A stretch of 64,000 bases of DNA from Candidatus Obscuribacterales bacterium (lineage in GTDB: Bacteria; Cyanobacteriota; Vampirovibrionia; Obscuribacterales; Obscuribacteraceae): the NCBI GenBank assembly GCA_965228855.1, contig CBDDIJ010000003.1, forward strand, positions 1,504,001 through 1,568,000, in the 5' to 3' direction. Shown here one piece after another: positions 58,085-64,000 of this stretch. Positions within the stretch are counted from its first letter, which is position 1. Each line of letters opens with the position of its first letter. The position numbers and the translations under genes are program-made. A model generated the notes under the pieces. That model searched no databases. It was not told the origin of the DNA and was given only the letters and a program-made list of their open reading frames with translations.

Positions 58085-58849
58085 ATGAAGTCCACTGAAC
58101 GCTTTTCCGGGTTAGCAAACATATACGCTGCTTCCCGACCTACATATCCGCCGGAGGCGGTCGACTTCATCATGTCGGTCTGCAAAATATCAGGCTCTAC
58201 GGTTATGGTGGATGTCGGTTGTGGAACCGGAATTTCAACCAGGCTTTTCACCGAACGTGGTGTCAAGGTGATTGGTCTTGAACCTAATGACGACATGCGA
58301 CAATCTGCGGAGAACCAGTCTGTATCTCACGATTGCGAAGTTAAACCAGAGTACAGACCTGGCACCGCAGAAGATACCAATTTGCCCGACGCATTTGCTG
58401 ACGTTCTACTCTCTGCCCAGGCATTTCACTGGTTCGACCCGGACCGAGCCCTGACCGAATTTCACCGAGTCATCAAGCCTGACGGATACGTGGTCTTGAT
58501 GTGGAATGAACGTGACGAGTCTACTCCGTTCGCCCACGGCTACGGAGAACTATTTCGAGAATTACCTGAAACTGCCGGAGTCGAAATGAAACGAGGTATA
58601 GCCGGAGAGCCTCTTTTGACAAACCCTTTGTTTGTTGATGCCCAAAGGACTAACTTCAAAAACGTTCAACGAATGAATCTGGAAGGTGTTCTCGGTCGCG
58701 CCTTCTCTGCATCGTATGCCCCCAGAGATGGTGCCGCGGCAAAACGTTTGAAAGACGGATTGACCGCACTGTTCGAAAAACTTCAAGTAAACGGGTTTGT
58801 AGATATGCAATATGAAGTCTCAGTCTACACAGCAAGGAGACCGGCATGA
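58085..58849 (+). CDS. Class I SAM-dependent methyltransferase
   Basis: Y...RPTYP, VDVGCGTG, GLEPN..M, GTAE, AQAFHWFD. Confidence 0.92.
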   Translation: MKSTERFSGLANIYAASRPTYPPEAVDFIMSVCKISGSTVMVDVGCGTGISTRLFTERGVKVIGLEPNDDMRQSAENQSVSHDCEVKPEYRPGTAEDTNLPDAFADVLLSAQAFHWFDPDRALTEFHRVIKPDGYVVLMWNERDESTPFAHGYGELFRELPETAGVEMKRGIAGEPLLTNPLFVDAQRTNFKNVQRMNLEGVLGRAFSASYAPRDGAAAKRLKDGLTALFEKLQVNGFVDMQYEVSVYTARRPA

Positions 58850-59466
58850 TAATTGAGTGCAAAGAGGAAAACTCTCAGGACCTCTATAAAATTCTTCTGG
58901 GCTGTGTCGTTCCCCGTCCGATCGCCTGGGTCTCCAGCCAAAGTAACGACGGAGTTCTGAATCTTGCCCCCTTTTCTTTTTTCAACGCCTTTTCCGCCGA
59001 CCCTCCTATTATCGGACTGGGCATAGGGATGAAGACCAGGAAAAGCGAAGACGGATCACGCACGCTTGTGCCCAAGGACACATTGAAAAACATTCTCGAA
59101 ACAAAAGAGTTTGTCGTGAATGTTGTTTCCTACCAACATGCAGACAAAATGAACCGCTCGAGCGCCGAATACGACCCTGCTGTCAGCGAATTCGAGCAGT
59201 CCGGTCTAACACCCTCGCCTTCGAAACTAGTGAAACCTCCCTGCCTCCAGGAGTCGATGGTTTCGATGGAATGCCGACTGTTTCAACAAATCGACCTGCC
59301 TCGCTCAAGTATCATTCTCGGCGAGGTTTTGTGTTTCCACATCAAGGATGAAGCCTGGGACGGACATGGTATCATCCACGATGTTCTACAGCCCATCGGC
59401 AGGTTGGCTGGTTCAGCATATTGCAAAACCGACTCGGTTTTCGACATGACCAGACCTCGCGTTTAA
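58846..59466 (+). CDS. Flavin reductase-like family protein
   Basis: VPRPIAWVS, NLAPFSFFN, KDTLKNI..TKEFVVN, IGRLAG..Y. Confidence 0.92.
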   Translation: MIIECKEENSQDLYKILLGCVVPRPIAWVSSQSNDGVLNLAPFSFFNAFSADPPIIGLGIGMKTRKSEDGSRTLVPKDTLKNILETKEFVVNVVSYQHADKMNRSSAEYDPAVSEFEQSGLTPSPSKLVKPPCLQESMVSMECRLFQQIDLPRSSIILGEVLCFHIKDEAWDGHGIIHDVLQPIGRLAGSAYCKTDSVFDMTRPRV

Positions 59467-59539
59467 AATCTGCTGCGCTGGCTTTTCAGGCGCAATTAGA
59501 TGCGCAAACCGCCCACAGCCTTGAGTAATTGGAATCAGA

Positions 59540-60457
59540 ATGTCATCACGCGAAATAGTCTTTCTCGGCACTAGCAGTCAAGTTCCGACCCGCACACGCA
59601 ATCACAATGCGATGTTTTTATTCTGGGACGAACTTGGAATCCTTTTCGACCCGGGCGAAGGAACTCAGCGCCAGATGACACTCGCCGGAATCAGCGCTAG
59701 AAGAATTACTCATATCGCAATCACTCACTTTCACGGAGACCATTGTCTTGGTTTAGCCGGTGTGATTCAGAGACTATCTCTCGATCAGGCACCACATGCG
59801 GTGGAGGTCTTCTTTCCCGCCAGCGGTCAAGTGTTTTTCGACAGACTGCGAAACGCTTCGATCTTCTACGATGGCGCCGAGATCATCCCGCGCCCAATCA
59901 AAATCAACGGCAACGAGATCGTCGAACTTCTAAAGACGGATAGTATAAGCCTGCACGCAGCGGCTCTCGAGCACAGTGTCGAGTGCTATGGCTACCGCCT
60001 GCAAGAAGCTGATGGTCGATCCATGGTACCGGCAAAACTTAAGGAGAAAGGACTGGCCGGACCGATCGTAGGTCAATTGCAACGGGAGGGTTCTGTCAAG
60101 ATTAACAACGAGACCGTCACAATTGAAGATGTCAGCGTCGTTCGCCATGGTCAGTCTGTAGCAGTGGTTATGGATACGCGTCCATGCGCCGGCTCCAGAC
60201 TGCTCGCCCAGGGGGCGACGCTGCTTGTTTCCGAAGCCACATATTTGAACAGCGAAGCTACCGAAGCGCACGAACATTTTCACATGACCGCACACCAAGC
60301 CGCACAGCTTGCCATGGACGCCGGTGTCCAACAGCTCGCTATCACTCACTTTTCACCACGATACACTTCGCATCAAGACTTCGTAGACGAAGCCACTTCG
60401 GTGTTTGATAACGTTTGCGTCGCCGACGATCTCGTTAGAGTCAAAGTCACTCGTTGA
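59540..60457 (+). CDS. rnz: Ribonuclease Z
   Basis: LGTSS.VPT..RN, FDPGEGTQRQ, THFHGDHCLG, GP exosite, DTRPC, EATY, HMTA, THFSPRY. Confidence 0.95.
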   Translation: MSSREIVFLGTSSQVPTRTRNHNAMFLFWDELGILFDPGEGTQRQMTLAGISARRITHIAITHFHGDHCLGLAGVIQRLSLDQAPHAVEVFFPASGQVFFDRLRNASIFYDGAEIIPRPIKINGNEIVELLKTDSISLHAAALEHSVECYGYRLQEADGRSMVPAKLKEKGLAGPIVGQLQREGSVKINNETVTIEDVSVVRHGQSVAVVMDTRPCAGSRLLAQGATLLVSEATYLNSEATEAHEHFHMTAHQAAQLAMDAGVQQLAITHFSPRYTSHQDFVDEATSVFDNVCVADDLVRVKVTR

Positions 60458-61096
60458 TCAAATCTCAATCACAGTCGCAGGATTGGTGGGTTGATATTCT
60501 TCGTCGCACACGGAGACATTGTAATACCAGGTTTTATCCGTAATGTGACAGCCGTGTCCCTCGTGTATATGTCCGAATGCGTGAAACCGTGGTGGCGACT
60601 TTAGTTCCTCAGTCAACACTCGCAGAAGTTCCTCACAACCTACATGCTGTTTCGCATGTCGACCGACGTCATCTAGAATTCCCCACGGCGGTCCATGAGT
60701 AATTAGCAAGTCTAAACCGTCCGGTATCAAATCCCAATAGTGGCGAATCTGTTCTCCGCGATCCTTCATAAACGCCCAGTTGAAAAACGTCGGCGTCCAC
60801 GGACTTCCATAAATCTTCTTGCCGTCAAGCACCAACATCTGATCTTCCAGATAAACACAAGAGGTAAGCAAACTTTCCGCACGACTACGGTCGGTTTCAA
60901 ACATAAAGTCATGATTTCCTGCTACAGCAACAGGCTTATGCTTGTATTTATGCGAGTGCCCGGCAATCCAATCATTGAACATCGAAATCTGACTTTTCGT
61001 GCCGTTTTTCGTCAGGTCGCCGGCAATGATCAAGACGTCTCCTTCCGGTAAATCAATCTCTCTATTATGCGTGTCGCTGATTAGAACAACTTTCAT
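60458..61096 (-). CDS. Calcineurin-like metallophosphoesterase
   Basis: ISDTH, AGD, AGNHD, YGSPW.P, LITHGPP, FGHIHE. Confidence 0.92.
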   Translation of the reverse strand: MKVVLISDTHNREIDLPEGDVLIIAGDLTKNGTKSQISMFNDWIAGHSHKYKHKPVAVAGNHDFMFETDRSRAESLLTSCVYLEDQMLVLDGKKIYGSPWTPTFFNWAFMKDRGEQIRHYWDLIPDGLDLLITHGPPWGILDDVGRHAKQHVGCEELLRVLTEELKSPPRFHAFGHIHEGHGCHITDKTWYYNVSVCDEEYQPTNPATVIEI

Positions 61097-61108
61097 ACTT
61101 CCATTCCA

Positions 61109-61921
61109 TCACTCGGCGTCGCTTTTTTCGCTGCCAGGTTGAGATTTGGCCTCGCCACCATCCTCAGTATCATCACTTACGAACTGCAGCTTAGGCGCCT
61201 TCTTCACCGAGTCCATATCGACGCGAACTTCCAACAGCTTTGTTTTCGAGACGTCGTGGTTTTTCAAGCGAACATGTCCGCCTGTGATGGGCAAATCACT
61301 ATTCTGTACTTCGCCAAGAAATGCACGGTAACTCTCAGACACTTTCTCCGGCAGCTTCGGAATCTGACCACTCATGACAATTGCGACATCGTCCTTCTTA
61401 AGCTCGCCTTCTCCTACTTTCACAACTTTGCCGTCAGGACCGAGCGAAACTGTTTGATCATTGGACGTCACACTCTTAGCGCTGCTCGGCGTGAGTACGG
61501 TGCCGCGGAAGAAGATTTCATTCACCAGATCTCTCGTGTCACCTGGCACCGATGGCGGTGTCGCCACCTCGAGAAAACTCTTGACCAGATCTCGTGCGAA
61601 TATATTGGTTTTCGGATCATCTATAAAGTCGCGCCCTACTACCATCGCCATTTGCAGAATCTTGTTCTGCTTATCCGTATCGATGCACACCACAACATCA
61701 TTGCGCGATCCCGGTCGAAAGTAATGAGTAGCCAGTTCTTCATGTTCATCAATCGCACGTTCTCTCAGGTGGAAAAACGTGAAGAAATCGCGTTTAATCG
61801 CGTCATCTAAAATTTGTCCCTGGATGGAAGGAGTGACAGTCTGCCCAAACGACGGCAGTGATGACGATGCGAACAAAATCGTCGCAGCCAATAAACTCAG
61901 AACGGTTCGTCTTATACCCAT
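61109..61921 (-). CDS. Exported hypothetical protein
   Basis: Signal-peptide-like N-terminus; no family recognised. Confidence 0.7.
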   Translation of the reverse strand: MGIRRTVLSLLAATILFASSSLPSFGQTVTPSIQGQILDDAIKRDFFTFFHLRERAIDEHEELATHYFRPGSRNDVVVCIDTDKQNKILQMAMVVGRDFIDDPKTNIFARDLVKSFLEVATPPSVPGDTRDLVNEIFFRGTVLTPSSAKSVTSNDQTVSLGPDGKVVKVGEGELKKDDVAIVMSGQIPKLPEKVSESYRAFLGEVQNSDLPITGGHVRLKNHDVSKTKLLEVRVDMDSVKKAPKLQFVSDDTEDGGEAKSQPGSEKSDAE

Positions 61922-62213
61922 CAGTTCAACCCAAACGTCAGGACCTTATTAATAACGTCCAACTTCAACATTCAGATTAACACGCAAACATGTGCAATAT
62001 AACTTTTCCTTTGTCGTCAGGAGAGCAACGCAATTTATCCGCACCTGCTTACAACTTGGAAGCGTTCCCTGGCGAGCTTAACTTCCTCTAACGGTATAGC
62101 CACTACTCGGCACTCTACCACATGACATATAATGCCCGCTCTGACAGGACGGCGTTTTTGCGCGAATAATGAGCGCTGGTTTATAACCGAAATTACCTAC
62201 ATTGAAATTTGAT

Positions 62214-63119
62214 ATGACTTCAAACGGAAACGGCGGACCCACATCGAATACCATAGCCTTTCGACTTCGCCCGGCGAATAATACCGTATGCGAGTTTAAC
62301 GAATCACTTTTAGACTTCGGCGTGAATGAGTCAACGGCTGTGGAGCCGACGGTAACGGCAATTAGCCCGCTCCACCTTCACGTCAATAAAACTTGCACTG
62401 CTGAGAGCGATTACGCCCAAACTATTTCGTTCTGTGCAGGCATCGAAGCGCTCAACAGACGTGTCGAATCGATGAGCAGGAAAGGTTTCGGCATTGTGGC
62501 TATAGCCGGATACGAGGGCAAATTTGTCACCGCCTTTTCGCGGATGAAAACCGCAAGCGACGTCACGCTCATCGACGAGGATGCCGCAGAGCCGGGTATC
62601 AGTCACAGTTATCGCTTGAGCGCTAATACTCTTCAGCATGTAGCGCACAACGGTCATAGCTGGATGTTCACATACCTGACCGAAAAACAAAGCGCGCCCC
62701 AAACCATTATCAAATGTCAAACCCTCGAGGCGCTACTCGCCCAGATAAAAGTGGTCTGGAAGCGCAACTACCGAGTCAGTTCTCTCACATATGGTGCGGG
62801 TCACTGGGTCGCCGTCGCCACACAATCGTTCGCACCAGACGAACAAAGCTACTTCACCGCACCCGATACTGACTCGCTTCAGGACAAGACCAGAACCGCC
62901 TGGGACGAAGGGCGTCGTATCGCTGCCATCACCTATGGTGCCGACCGCTGGCTCGTCATCCTCAATAAATCCGGAGAAACCGACTCTCAGAAATGGGTGT
63001 CTAGAAAAAACTTCGTCGACCTGAGAACGAAGATTCGCGAGGAATGGCTGCGCGGCTTTCAGGTTACTTCGCTGACGCGCGGGGCAGACGTGTGGCTGGC
63101 GGTTTTGACCAGAAGCTAG
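62214..63119 (+). CDS. Hypothetical protein with W..(G/N)Y.(V/I).SL.YG...W repeats (DUF7477-like)
   Basis: WKRNYRVSSLTYGAGHW, WDEGRRIAAITYGADRW, WLRGFQVTSLTRGADVW. Confidence 0.7.
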   Translation: MTSNGNGGPTSNTIAFRLRPANNTVCEFNESLLDFGVNESTAVEPTVTAISPLHLHVNKTCTAESDYAQTISFCAGIEALNRRVESMSRKGFGIVAIAGYEGKFVTAFSRMKTASDVTLIDEDAAEPGISHSYRLSANTLQHVAHNGHSWMFTYLTEKQSAPQTIIKCQTLEALLAQIKVVWKRNYRVSSLTYGAGHWVAVATQSFAPDEQSYFTAPDTDSLQDKTRTAWDEGRRIAAITYGADRWLVILNKSGETDSQKWVSRKNFVDLRTKIREEWLRGFQVTSLTRGADVWLAVLTRS

Positions 63120-63134
63120 TCGCCGCAATATCTT

Positions 63135-64000
63135 TTACTTCGAATCCTTGGGGCTATCAACTACTTCGGCAAGAGGTATTCCGACCGATGCTGAAGGCGG
63201 TTTGATGCCTATAAACGTAGAAATCGTCGGAGCTATATCTTGCGGTCCGACCGGTCGAGAACAAACTTTGGGCACTACCCCCGGTGCTACGATGAAGATA
63301 GGAACGTAAGTGTCATATGTCCAAACCGACCCGTGCATTCCAGTCTTAAGGTTCCAGGGATAGTGCATTAGCAGCGCATGCTGATTTGCCACGACATGAA
63401 CGTTGCCGGAGCGACGAGGATGGAATGTATTCGTCACTCTCTGCATAAATGGCAGTGCCGGAACATGTCCGGTCATGATGTCACCCCTGGTGGCAGCAAA
63501 ATAAATGCCGGGAAATTTCATTGCAACCGTAGCGGCGGCATGTTCAACCTCCTCAAGATTTAGATTTAACTTCGACACCGTGTCCGTGTTCAAATAAATG
63601 TAAGGATAGGTGAATGTTTGAACAAGATCGAGATCAGTCGAAAAGCGCTTCTTGAGCGCATCATTGACCTCTTTGGGCAGAGCCTGTGGGTCGACTCGTA
63701 AGGCGGGAAAACCCAGCTGCTGGACGTACTCGGTCACATCTGCGACGCCATGGTCGGCGGACAAGACGATCAATGTTTTGTCCAATCCGACAGATTTGTC
63801 AACGTAAGCGAACAGTTCGCAAAGATTACGGTCTACACGAAGAATATTGTCTTCTGCCTCCAAACTCCCAACTCCCCAGGTATGACCAACCATATCGGTC
63901 GAAGAAAAACTAACGGACAAGTAGTCGATGGATGATCCTCGACCGAGCTTTTCGCGTTGAATCAAGTCTTTCGTGAAAGCAAGAACTAATTCATCGCCCA
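63135..64000 (-). CDS. Alkaline phosphatase family protein, PafA-like (C-terminal part; starts beyond the window)
   Basis: SFSSTDMVGH.WG, LSADHG, HGS...YDTYVP, DIAPT; frame stays open to the window edge. Confidence 0.9.
   Translation of the reverse strand, partial: GDELVLAFTKDLIQREKLGRGSSIDYLSVSFSSTDMVGHTWGVGSLEAEDNILRVDRNLCELFAYVDKSVGLDKTLIVLSADHGVADVTEYVQQLGFPALRVDPQALPKEVNDALKKRFSTDLDLVQTFTYPYIYLNTDTVSKLNLNLEEVEHAAATVAMKFPGIYFAATRGDIMTGHVPALPFMQRVTNTFHPRRSGNVHVVANQHALLMHYPWNLKTGMHGSVWTYDTYVPIFIVAPGVVPKVCSRPVGPQDIAPTISTFIGIKPPSASVGIPLAEVVDSPKDSK

Noticed and set aside
60458..61096. Metallophosphoesterase as the missing partner of the ligase/exonuclease pair
   Set aside because: It is about 38 kb away and its motif pattern (YGSPW.P, THGPP) points to a different subfamily.

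Overview
Bacterial chromosomal window (roughly 50% GC). The kinase-LRR-TPR receptors, MshEN-like kinase tail and overall gene content suggest non-photosynthetic Cyanobacteriota (Melainabacteria/Obscuribacterales); this is inference, not a search result. Housekeeping content: three Ser/Thr kinases, an ABC transporter with an AttH-like partner, nrtR-nadA-nadB, an ATP-dependent ligase/exonuclease pair, nfo, a sigma-70 factor, an AddAB-like helicase-nuclease pair, rnz, and a his operon with a His-leader attenuator and two unusual fusions (HisC-HAD, HisA-HisI-HisE). Three signals stand out. (1) A dispersed family of ~28-bp palindromes (consensus GATCGTAAACCGATATCGGTTTACGATC), 28 copies at 11 loci, mostly in short arrays with a 32-35 bp period; one array is apparently translated in frame in HisC and one sits inside a tRNA cluster. 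(2) Next to one array, an IS1595-transposase-derived protein that keeps the Zn-ribbon/HTH and C-terminal motifs but has no visible DDE core and carries a winged-helix-like segment instead. (3) A six-gene cluster of structurally atypical tRNAs behind a sigma-70 promoter and a long structured leader containing a leaderless ORF enriched in the same amino acids the tRNAs carry. No CRISPR array or rRNA was seen. All protein family calls come from motif recognition by eye.
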